64,000 nt of DNA from an uncultured Candidatus Melainabacteria bacterium (GTDB lineage Bacteria > Cyanobacteriota > Vampirovibrionia > Gastranaerophilales > Gastranaerophilaceae), in assembly GCA_947525005.1 (NCBI GenBank), contig CANNUY010000001.1, positions 321,379 to 385,378 of the forward strand. Direction: 5' to 3'. The notes beneath the pieces are model-generated. The model did not search any database and had not been told where the DNA came from. It saw only the letters and a program-made list of their open reading frames with translations. Both the position numbers and the translations under genes were made by a program. Below, piece after piece: positions 27,025-36,700 of this stretch (position 1 is its first letter; each line of letters begins with the position of its first letter).

Positions 27025-27307
27025 AAATATATAAATGCGTAAGTGTTGAATTCGTTTCAATATTTTGTATTTAAGGCATACTTACTCAATAAATGTATAT
27101 AATAATTTTTCTAAAAACAAAAAAAAGCCGTCTTTTTTCAGAGCGGCTACTAGACTTGGGGAGGAGGTATGAAAACCATTTGGCTTTCATATTATTGTTT
27201 ACGTCATTATTTGAAAAAACATTACAAAACTTATCAAAAACTCATCTTTTTAGAGGAGATTAGCAAAAATTATTTTGTTCATACTTTATATTGTGTGTGG
27301 TGGTGTA

Positions 27308-28993
27308 ATGAATACAATCAATTTAGTAAATTTAAAATATCCAACAAATACCCAAAATATAAATAAGCCTGTTATAACTCCAAGTTTTGAAGCGAGGTTT
27401 CCTAACGGATTAAAAAAACCTGAACATATTAAGCCATATTTCGCATACAGAGATTTTGCTAGATATAATCCTGTAAAAAAGAATTTCGGTAACTACGAAA
27501 TCCCTGTGCACAATGAAGAAATCTCAAAACGTCTAAAACCCGAATATAAAAAATCAGAGTTCCAATCCCTATTCGATTTTACTAAGTCAAAAGGTACTTT
27601 TGATTACATAATGGATAATAAAACAGGATTTATAAAAACTTCTTTAATCAATCATAAAGAAAATGAACTTATGTCAGATTTGATATGGATTACAGACTCT
27701 TGTCATAATATGGAATTAATCAAGAAAAATGATCCAAAATCTTGCACAAAGGTTCTAAATAAACTTGCTGAATTGTATGAAGGTCAACAATCAAAGTTTG
27801 ATGAAGTGATAGCTGAACCTTCAAAATACAAGCACAACGGTTTTTGGCCACATGAAGGTCAAGTCGGTGTGGGACATTGTTTTGAACCAAACTCAAAACA
27901 ACCTCACAAGTGGTTTGCAAAGACAAGGTTGGAATCTGTAGGAAACTATCTTCAAACTTCTGCAGATATAATAACAGAAGGCTTAAATGGTGGTAAATAC
28001 GGTTATAAAACAGTAGAAGAAATTCCTCAAAATGTAGTTGAGTCAATTTCAAACTGTACAAAATATTTGAAAGCTATTAATTATCCAAATGCTCGTTCTT
28101 GTGGAGCTTGGGAAGAACAAACTTTCGTAAACTCTTTGACAAGTGATACTTCAATCGTTAATGAAGGATTTAGAAAAGTCATGGATTTGATGTATGCTCC
28201 AACTGATAATAAAAAAATGGTAGAGTTTAGAAATCGTGTTTTATCATCAAAAAATGGAGATGTGTTTGAGGATAAAAAAGGGTTGGAAAAAGTCTTGAAA
28301 TCAGGTGAAGAAAGAATTCTTGAACACCCTGATTTAGAAACAGTTAAGGGAACTTATAACAAAAAAGTTAGACCTGACCAAGAAAAATGTTTGTCTAGAG
28401 ATGAAGATGCTAGTTTGAGTTTCTTATATCAAACAGAAAAACTTAGTAAAGATGTTGAAAAAGATAGTGCTAAAAAATTGCTTTATCTAAAGAAATTGAC
28501 AAAATCAATTACTAGACCAAATGGGGCAATTAGATATAAAGGTGATGAATATCTTAATCTTGACTATCACACATTGAAAAATCAATGGACAGATAACAAA
28601 AAAACAAATGAAGCTGAGTGGTTTTTGGTTTCAGAAATCGCAAACGCTTATGGTTCAATCGCAGGTAATCTACTGAACCATGTTGAAAAAACGGGCGAAA
28701 TGAGTGGGAAAACTCAAAAACTTTTGAAAATGGCAATAAACGGTGAAACGGAATACATAAACAGAAGTTATGCGAGAATAACACCTAAAAATATGACGAA
28801 GTCAAATCATTATTCTTGTCCGTCATATAGATTACCTGAAGCCTATGAAGCAGTTACTACTAAAAATGGAAAAATAAAATATGTTCCTGGTGCTCACAGT
28901 CCTTTAACTTGGGCTGAGTCATCTCTGTATAAAGCCTCTGAACAATATCTTTCTAATTTAGAAAAAGTGGAGAAATTAAAAGCCTTTGATTGA
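27308..28993 (+). CDS. Glycoside hydrolase family 15-like (glucoamylase / (alpha/alpha)6-barrel) protein, cytoplasmic
   Basis: CGAWEEQTF (general-acid WEE motif) and a C-terminal SPLTWAES (PLTWSHAE-like) motif. The start is taken at MNTINLV. Confidence 0.7.
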   Translation: MNTINLVNLKYPTNTQNINKPVITPSFEARFPNGLKKPEHIKPYFAYRDFARYNPVKKNFGNYEIPVHNEEISKRLKPEYKKSEFQSLFDFTKSKGTFDYIMDNKTGFIKTSLINHKENELMSDLIWITDSCHNMELIKKNDPKSCTKVLNKLAELYEGQQSKFDEVIAEPSKYKHNGFWPHEGQVGVGHCFEPNSKQPHKWFAKTRLESVGNYLQTSADIITEGLNGGKYGYKTVEEIPQNVVESISNCTKYLKAINYPNARSCGAWEEQTFVNSLTSDTSIVNEGFRKVMDLMYAPTDNKKMVEFRNRVLSSKNGDVFEDKKGLEKVLKSGEERILEHPDLETVKGTYNKKVRPDQEKCLSRDEDASLSFLYQTEKLSKDVEKDSAKKLLYLKKLTKSITRPNGAIRYKGDEYLNLDYHTLKNQWTDNKKTNEAEWFLVSEIANAYGSIAGNLLNHVEKTGEMSGKTQKLLKMAINGETEYINRSYARITPKNMTKSNHYSCPSYRLPEAYEAVTTKNGKIKYVPGAHSPLTWAESSLYKASEQYLSNLEKVEKLKAFD

Positions 28994-29037
28994 TATTAAT
29001 ATTATCTAAAGACTTGTTATTTTCTACTAAAATTGCT

Positions 29038-29064
29038 TTGACAACAGTTTTTTTGTTTTATAAT
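29038..29064 (+). promoter_or_regulatory. Candidate promoter TTGACA-15-TATAAT for adhE
   Basis: Seen directly; the spacer is slightly short. Confidence 0.35.
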
Positions 29065-29154
29065 ATTAGTGTATAAATTACACAAAATAACTACTATGGA
29101 TATAAAATTATGGATTTAAAACAAATATTTCATTACATAAAAAAGGAGAAAAAA

Positions 29155-31824
29155 ATGCCAAAGACTGAAAGTTCAAATGTTGAAAAACTAGAAAAAGACT
29201 TAGCAGCAGGTACTTTAGTTGACAGTGCAGAATCATTGGAATTATTGATTCAAAAAGTTAACAAAGCACAAAGAATTTTCGCTACTTATTCTCAAGAACA
29301 AGTAGATAAAATTTTTAAAGCTGCCGCTACAGCTGCTGATAAAGCACGTATTCCATTAGCAAAAATGGCTGTTGAAGAAACAGGCATGGGTGTTCTTGAA
29401 GATAAAATCATGAAGAACCACTTCGCTGCTGAATACATTTATAACAAACATAAAAACACAAAAACTTGTGGAATTATTGATAACGATAAGGAAAACGGTG
29501 TTAAAATCGTTGCTGAACCTTTGGGTGTGTTAGCAGGTATCGTACCTACAACTAACCCTACTTCAACAGCAATTTTCAAATCATTGATTGCTTTGAAAAC
29601 AAGAAACGGTATCATCTTTTCACCACACCCAAGAGCTCAAAAATCAACAATTGCAGCTGCAAAAGTTGTTCTAGATGCAGCAGTTGCTGCAGGTGCTCCT
29701 GAAGATATCATTGGTTGGATTGATGTTGCTTCTATTGAATTATCAGGTCAGTTGATGAAACACAACGACATCGCTTGTATCTTGGCTACAGGTGGTCCTG
29801 GTATGGTTAACGCAGCTTATTCATCAGGTAACCCAGCATTAGGTGTTGGCCCTGGTAACACATCTGCTGTAATTGACGAAACTGCTGATATCGAAATGGC
29901 TGTTTCATCAGTTCTTATGTCAAAAACTTTCGATAACGGTATGATTTGTGCATCTGAACAATCAATCGTTGTTGTTGACAGTGTTTATGATGCTGTAAAA
30001 GCTGAATTAGAAAAACGTGGTGCTTACTTGATGAGCGAAGATGAAATGAACAAACTTATTGCACTTCCATTCATCGATCCTCAAAGAGGTACTGCTCACC
30101 CTAAAATCGTTGGTCAATCAGCTCACACTATCGCTGAATTGGCTGGTTTTAGTGTTCCTCAAAACGCTAAAGTTTTGGTTGGTCAAAGACCAGAAGTAAA
30201 TTGGGAAGATCCATTCTCTCGTGAAAAATTATCTCCAATTTTGGCTATGTATAAAGCATCATCATTTGAAGATGCAGCCGAAAAAGCATATACTCTTGTT
30301 TCTAAGGGTGGTGCAGGTCACACTGCTGTATTATATACAGATGATCGTAAGAAAGATAGAATTGATGCTTACGCTCAAAAAATGCCTGCTTGTAGAGTGT
30401 TGATTAATCAACCTTCTTCACAAGGTGGTATCGGTGATTTGTATAACTTCCGTATGGAACCATCATTGACTCTAGGTTGTGGCTCTTGGGGTAACAACTC
30501 TGTTTCTGGAAACGTTGGAGTTCGTGATTTGTTAAACTACAAGAGAGTTGCAGAAAGGAGAGAAAATATGTTATGGTTTAAGGTTCCTCAAAAAGTTTAC
30601 TTCAAACGTGGTGCTACTGACTTAGCTTTGAGAGAATTAGAAGGCTGTAAGAGAGCATTTATCGTTACTGATAGATTCTTGTTCAACTCAGGCATGGCTA
30701 ATAAGATTACTAATGTTTTAGACGAAATGGGTATTGACCACGAAGTATTCTTTGATGTTAAACCAGACCCAACATTGTCTACTATTGAAGAAGCTTATGC
30801 TATATTGAAACCATTTGAACCAGATGCAATTATCGCACTTGGTGGTGGTTCTCCAATGGACGCAGCTAAAATTCTTTGGTTACGTTATGAACAACCTGAT
30901 ACAAACTTCTCTGATATTTCAATGAGATTTATGGATATCAGAAAGAGAATTTGTCAATTACCAGAATTAGGTAAGAAAGCAAAAATGGTAGCTATCCCAA
31001 CTACATCAGGTACTGGTTCAGAAGTTACTCCATTCTCAATCATCACAGATGATAAAGAAGGCGTAAAATATGCAATCGCTGATTATGCGTTGACACCATC
31101 TATGGCTATTGTTGACCCTAACTTCGTTGACTCTATGCCAAAAGGTTTGACATCTTCATCAGGTATCGATGCTTTAGTTCACGCTATTGAAGCCTATGTT
31201 TCTTGTATGGCTACAAACTTTACAAACTCAAACGCTTTAGAAGCATGTAAATTAGTATTCAGATACTTAAGAAGAAGCTATAACGAAGGTGCTAATGATC
31301 CTATCGCTAGAGAAAAAATGCACTATGCTGCAACAATCGCAGGTATGGCATTTGCTAACTCATTCTTAGGATTGTGTCACTCAATGGCTCACAAACTTGG
31401 TGCTATGTTCCATGTACCACACGGTGTTGCTAACGCATTATTAATCAGACAAGTTATTAAATATAACGCAACTGATTGTCCTAAGAAACAAGCAACATTC
31501 CCTCAATACAAGTTCCCATGTGCAGTTAAGAGATATGCTCAAATAGCTGATGAACTTGGTTTGGGTGGTTCTTCAGATGCTGATAAGACTCAAAGATTGA
31601 TTGATGCAATCGACGAATTGATGAAGGATATTCAATTACCAAATTCTATTAAGGACTTTGGTATTTCTGAAGAAGACTTCTATGCAAAATTAGATGAAAT
31701 GGTTGAATTAGCATTTGACGACCAATGTACAGGTGCTAACCCAGTATATCCTATTATGAGTGATATGCGTCAAATCTATATCGATGCATTTGAAGGCGTT
31801 GTTAGAGATTATTACAACAACTAG
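29155..31824 (+). CDS. adhE: Bifunctional acetaldehyde-CoA / alcohol dehydrogenase
   Basis: N-terminal ALDH domain (catalytic Cys in GMICASEQS), C-terminal Fe-ADH domain ([10 protein letters not shown]; His-rich iron site). The RBS AAAGGAG sits before the ATG at 29155. Confidence 0.95.
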   Translation: MPKTESSNVEKLEKDLAAGTLVDSAESLELLIQKVNKAQRIFATYSQEQVDKIFKAAATAADKARIPLAKMAVEETGMGVLEDKIMKNHFAAEYIYNKHKNTKTCGIIDNDKENGVKIVAEPLGVLAGIVPTTNPTSTAIFKSLIALKTRNGIIFSPHPRAQKSTIAAAKVVLDAAVAAGAPEDIIGWIDVASIELSGQLMKHNDIACILATGGPGMVNAAYSSGNPALGVGPGNTSAVIDETADIEMAVSSVLMSKTFDNGMICASEQSIVVVDSVYDAVKAELEKRGAYLMSEDEMNKLIALPFIDPQRGTAHPKIVGQSAHTIAELAGFSVPQNAKVLVGQRPEVNWEDPFSREKLSPILAMYKASSFEDAAEKAYTLVSKGGAGHTAVLYTDDRKKDRIDAYAQKMPACRVLINQPSSQGGIGDLYNFRMEPSLTLGCGSWGNNSVSGNVGVRDLLNYKRVAERRENMLWFKVPQKVYFKRGATDLALRELEGCKRAFIVTDRFLFNSGMANKITNVLDEMGIDHEVFFDVKPDPTLSTIEEAYAILKPFEPDAIIALGGGSPMDAAKILWLRYEQPDTNFSDISMRFMDIRKRICQLPELGKKAKMVAIPTTSGTGSEVTPFSIITDDKEGVKYAIADYALTPSMAIVDPNFVDSMPKGLTSSSGIDALVHAIEAYVSCMATNFTNSNALEACKLVFRYLRRSYNEGANDPIAREKMHYAATIAGMAFANSFLGLCHSMAHKLGAMFHVPHGVANALLIRQVIKYNATDCPKKQATFPQYKFPCAVKRYAQIADELGLGGSSDADKTQRLIDAIDELMKDIQLPNSIKDFGISEEDFYAKLDEMVELAFDDQCTGANPVYPIMSDMRQIYIDAFEGVVRDYYNN

Positions 31825-31849
31825 TTTGTTGAAAACTATAAATAGAAAT

Positions 31850-31884
31850 GACGGTTTCGTTTTCGAAACCGTCGTTTCTTTTGT
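31850..31884 (+). terminator. Rho-independent terminator after adhE
   Basis: GACGGTTTCG-tttt-CGAAACCGTC followed by a T-rich tail. Confidence 0.8.
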
Positions 31885-32058
31885 TATTGTAAAAATAATA
31901 TTATTTAATAATTTAATAAATTGTTATATTAAAAGTAGTATTTGTTTCAAAATGTAAAGAAAATTAAATATTTATTGTATTATTTACAATTAAAGTAGCA
32001 AAAAACATTTTTTACGTACGTTAAATTGGTGGAGAACATGTTGAATAAGGAGGTTAGT

Positions 32059-32514
32059 ATGCCAGAATTAGTATCAAAATCAGCACAATTTTTTGATAAG
32101 CCAACAACTGTTACAGTTGCAGATAAACAATTTAAGAATATAAATTCTGTAGATACAAAGAATTATACAGATTTACCTGATACAAAGGTTAAATCAGTAG
32201 CATATTTAGATACACCACGTTCATCATATTCAGTATATGTTGAAGATGGAAAGGTTGTATCTACAGTAAAATCATATAATGAAGCTGTATCAAAGAATTT
32301 AGGTGGCAAAGTTTATAAGAATATCACATCATATAAAGCAACATCAGATGGAACAAGGGTTTATGAAACTATTAATCCAAATACATTTTCAGTAAACCAT
32401 ATTCAAGTTGATGCAGATGGTAAGGTTACTGATTTTGCGAAAGAATCAAGAAAAATGATGATAGGTAAACTTACAAAGCCTATCAAAAAATTGATATCTA
32501 TGATTAAAAAATAA
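32059..32514 (+). CDS. Hypothetical protein (151 aa), no signal peptide
   Basis: Strong RBS AAGGAGG 7 nt before the ATG at 32059. No recognisable domain. Confidence 0.5.
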   Translation: MPELVSKSAQFFDKPTTVTVADKQFKNINSVDTKNYTDLPDTKVKSVAYLDTPRSSYSVYVEDGKVVSTVKSYNEAVSKNLGGKVYKNITSYKATSDGTRVYETINPNTFSVNHIQVDADGKVTDFAKESRKMMIGKLTKPIKKLISMIKK

Positions 32515-32541
32515 TTAAAATTACTATAAATAAAGAAAAAG

Positions 32542-32573
32542 ACAGGTTTGTAATAAACTTGCCTTTTTTTTTT
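32542..32573 (+). terminator. Rho-independent terminator
   Basis: CAGGTTTG-taat-AAACTTGCC (one G.U wobble) followed by a T10 run. Confidence 0.6.
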
Positions 32574-32644
32574 GTATGTGTATAATGATGATATACTATA
32601 TGGTAGTGAACTACAGAGAGAGTATGAAGAAAGGATAGTATACT

Positions 32645-33112
32645 ATGAAAAACCAATTAAAAGTTTTATCAGTTGCTGCTTTAGCATTAGGCTTAGGAGT
32701 AGGTATCAGCAATTCAGCTATGACAAATGCAACTACAGTTACATCTGTAGCAGTTGTTGATGTTGCACAAGTTATCAACAACAACAGCCAAGTAAAAGCA
32801 TTAAAAGAAAAACAAGAAAAGAAATCAGCAGATTTAAAAGCATGGGTTGAAAGTGCAAGAGCTGACGTTGAAAAACAATCTACAGATGCTCAAAAAGAAT
32901 CTTTGACTCAAAAATACAACAAAGAATTACAAAACAAAGTTGAATCACAAAGAAATGAACTTTATAAAGAATCAGCTAAAATCGATGCAAAAATCGGTGC
33001 TGCTATCTCTAAACAAGCACAAGCTGATGGTTATTCTTTAGTATTAGTTAAAGGCGCTGTATTATTCGGTGGTACTGATATTACTGAAACAATCAAAAAA
33101 GCTACTAAGTAG
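32645..33112 (+). CDS. Skp/OmpH-family periplasmic chaperone
   Basis: Signal peptide MKNQLKVLSVAALALGLGVGISNSA, VAVVDVAQVI core, long coiled-coil arm, and C-terminal YSLVLVKGAVLFGGTDIT. Confidence 0.8.
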   Translation: MKNQLKVLSVAALALGLGVGISNSAMTNATTVTSVAVVDVAQVINNNSQVKALKEKQEKKSADLKAWVESARADVEKQSTDAQKESLTQKYNKELQNKVESQRNELYKESAKIDAKIGAAISKQAQADGYSLVLVKGAVLFGGTDITETIKKATK

Positions 33113-33137
33113 TTTTTAAATATTGATTTAAAAGAAA

Positions 33138-33170
33138 AGAGGAAATACGTGAGTATTTTCTCTTTTTTTG
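33138..33170 (+). terminator. Rho-independent terminator after skp
   Basis: AGAGGAAATAC-gtga-GTATTTTCTCT followed by a T7 run. Confidence 0.65.
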
Positions 33171-33177
33171 TTTGATG

Positions 33178-33295
33178 TTGTGTGTACGCAGGGATTCCAC
33201 GATTAGTGTTTGCAGGGATGCTGAATCAAGTTCAGCATGACGCATACACTACCACTACGAGCGTGGAGTAAATTCAAGACAGTTTCGGAATCCTT
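33178..33295 (+). ncRNA. Highly structured intergenic element; candidate sRNA or cis-regulatory RNA
   Basis: Perfect 8-bp hairpin ATGCTGAA-tcaag-TTCAGCAT. Outer pairing GTGTACGC / GCaTACAC. Mutually exclusive pairings: GGATTCC with GGAATCC, and CCACG with CGTGG. Confidence 0.3.
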
Positions 33296-33509
33296 ATAAA
33301 CTTTCCCAAAATCTCACCCCTAACTACTAGAAAAAAATAGCTCAATTTCGCTATTCAAAATTATTATAAATAATTCTCAAGAGTGATACAAAAACTTGAA
33401 AAATTTGCTATTATGTCAGTGTAAGTTAGTTGCTTATACGAAGTAATTATTTATAATAATTGACGTAAATCGTCGCTGGGGCTTGAGGAGTGGCTAGCTT
33501 ACCTAAAAA

Positions 33510-33536
33510 AATCATCCGTATGGATGATTTTTTTAT
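33510..33536 (+). terminator. Rho-independent terminator inside the skp-to-giant-gene intergenic region
   Basis: AATCATCC-gtat-GGATGATT followed by a T7 run, with an A7 run on the other side. Confidence 0.6.
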
Positions 33537-33565
33537 TTTTAAAAGGTAAAGAAGTGTTAACATGG

Positions 33566-33594
33566 TTGAAATTTGCTAGACTATAAATTATAAT
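33566..33594 (+). promoter_or_regulatory. Near-consensus sigma70-type promoter TTGAAA-17-TATAAT; predicted TSS ~33601, giving a ~118-nt leader
   Basis: -35 at 33566-71 and -10 at 33589-94, read directly. Confidence 0.6.
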
Positions 33595-33718
33595 ATCAGT
33601 ATAAAGTATAGTATAGAGTTTTGAGGACTAAAATTTAATTTATCTTATGTTATGGAACATATCTGTAGGACGCTATTTGATATGCTCATAAGGTTTGTTA
33701 ACTTATTAATGCAGAAGT

Positions 33719-36700
33719 ATGATAAACATTAAAAAAACCTTTATTAAATATATAATATTACTAGCTATGTTATTTGGTATTAGCATTAGTACCGAAGTTT
33801 TTGCTGCACCTATTACTCTATCTACTTCTTCTTCTGCAGGTTCTTGCTCTATTAATATAGGTGGTACAACTTATTACTTTAATCCAACTGGTACAAACTT
33901 TGAAGGCATGACTTATATTAAAAATACTACACAAACAGCTTCTGCTGCTGATGCAGACTTTGTTGTTGGTGGTACTTATTACAAATTAGTTAATCCAACA
34001 GTTTCTGAAGCTGAAAATACAATAGAAAATAGTTATTTTAGTGGTGTTACATCTACTACTGCTGGTTCTGTTAAAAGTGTAACATCTGGTAATTTTTCAA
34101 TAAAAAATTCTAATTTTGTAGGAAATAAAGCTGAAAACACATCAGGTGGTGTTGTTAATGGTGGTGTTTTTGCGATCTCAAGAGTTTCTCCGGTAATAAT
34201 TTCAAATGCTCTTTTCAAAGATAACTCTGCAACAGGTAATGGTGGTGCAATTCTCTTTGATAATGATAGACAGGTTAGTATTTCTGATACTAGATTCCTT
34301 AATAATACAGCTAATAGTGGTGGTGCTATTTATTTAAAAGATGTTAAAAATGCAATTATTTCTAATACAAAATTTATAGGTAACAATGCAACAGGTAATG
34401 GTGGTGCAATTTATTCATTAAACGCATCAGGTAGTACAAATACTATAACAGTTTCTGGTTCACAATTTGGTGATTCAACACATAACACTGATGATATATA
34501 TTTATATGATAATAGTTCATTAATTTTTACAGGAGATGAATCTTTAGTATATTCTCAAATTTTTATAAAAGATAATTCTAGTGTTGCAGTTGGTAATACA
34601 GTTAATGCAGGGACACTTAGCTTATACGGAGTTATTGACTCAAATACAGATAGTATACTTACAGTAAATTCAGGCTCGAGGTTGAATTTAAAATCTGGTT
34701 CACGGATAGGTGATACATTAGGACTGGCACTTAATGGCACATTAGGCTTAGAGAATGATTTTACGTGGAAGCAAAATTATACTTCCACAAATTCTGCTAT
34801 AGTAGATATAGCGTCAGGTGCTAAGTTAATATTTGACAACAATTCTGGTACTGATATTACGTTAAATAATATTACTGGTAGTGGTACGGTTCAATCTACG
34901 GGTAATAATTTAACTATTAATAATATATCTGATACAACAAATATGAATTTGTCTACAGGTACGGCATCTGTTTCAGCAAATGATGTTGCATCAGCAAAAC
35001 TTGGTCGTTATACACTTGATAATGAAACATTGACTCTAACAACTACAAACGGTGGTGTTATAGGTGCTCAAAATGCTAATCTAATAAACGCTGGTTCAAG
35101 TAATAATAATATATTAATATTAAATAACGATTCTAGTGCAACAGCATATCAGTTGGCAGATGTAAATGCTTTGGGTAAACTTACTCTTAAAAATTCAGAT
35201 GTAAAACTATTAAATACTAGATATATTAATAATACGTATGCATTTGACAATGTAAACCTTGATTTGATTGACAATACTATTCAATCATACACATTTGACA
35301 ATGCAGAGTTTGCAAATACAACATTGAAAGTTGATTTAAACCTTAATCCAGTTGGGGTGGATAATTTAGTAATCAACTCAGGTTCAGGTAATTTAACATT
35401 AACAAACCTAAATATAATGGGAGCAATAACTTCTGATTTTGAACAGAATTACGAAATTGTATCAGGAACGGCTATTTCAGGTGGTTCTGTTACTTTTGAT
35501 GTTGATGCAGGAATTTTGGGAACATCAGATTTTGGGCTTGGTACATCTAGAACAGTGACTAATAGTAGTGCCATTGGTTCTCAAACAGTTTCAAAATATA
35601 CTAATGTTGCAGGTAAAATCGTTGGGGTTACAGTAAAACTTGTTCTTAAAGATATACTAGCAGCTATAAATCAAGCTGATGGGGCTGATAGATTTTTTAA
35701 TTTTGATAATAATGGTGATGTTTATACTTTACGTGAAAACACTGGGGTTACAGCTGATGGAACACTTAGTATTAATGTAAATAATTCAAAATCAGACGTA
35801 GTTTTTGATGCTGGACATACATATTCAATGTTTGTTGTAAATTCAGAATTGGCAAGAGTTATTGCACAAAACGTAACCTTTAAGGGTGCTAAAAAAGGTA
35901 CAAACGGTTCAGTATTTGATATTTCAAACGGTATTGTATATTTGAACAATGTTCGTTTCCAAGAAAACGAAGATTATGCTTTGTATAATGAAGGTGGTAC
36001 AGTTACTTTAGTTGCGCCTACATTTGAATATAATACAATTTATGAAAATGCTTTGTATAACAAAGGTACAATGACTATTAATGGTCTTGTAAATATTGCG
36101 ACTAATATCAAAAATGAAGGTGGAACATTAACGATTTCTGCTGCAAATAATTCAATTCTTGGTAATAATGATGGTGGAGTTGCAACTTCTATTACGGGTA
36201 CAGCTGGAGAAGTTATTATTAATAATGTTTCAGCTATTAAATCAAATATAGATAATAAAGAAGGTTCTATCTTTAGAATAAATACAACAGCACCAGCATC
36301 AAATACTCAATTGAATGGAACTATTGATAACGCAGGTGAATTACATATTTCTTATGCTGATATTCTTAATACGATAACTACAGCTGACAAGGGTAAAACA
36401 TATTTTGATAATAGTGTAAATATATCAAACAAAACAGTTAGTGTTTCAAATGGTGGTACATTATATATTGGTGGTTTGAACTTGAACGACGCAATCATTG
36501 ATTTAACGGCAGGTTCAAACGGTGTTATTACAGGTACACTCAATGTTTCAGGCGCATCAAGGGTTACAATCAATACTGGTGCTGTTATGACTATTTCAGG
36601 TGCTACCTCAAATATTACTGAAGCTGATGCAAATAATTTGATTTGGTACATATTTGGTGAATTACATCTTGAAAATGGTTCAAAAACTTTAAAAATTGAT

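Noticed and set aside
27169-27366. ORF 27169..27366 (65 aa) and the longer N-terminal extension of the GH15-like ORF from 27275
   Set aside because: The 65-aa ORF overlaps the start region of the GH15-like gene in another frame, and its translation is low complexity. The GH15-like protein more plausibly starts at MNTINLV (27308).
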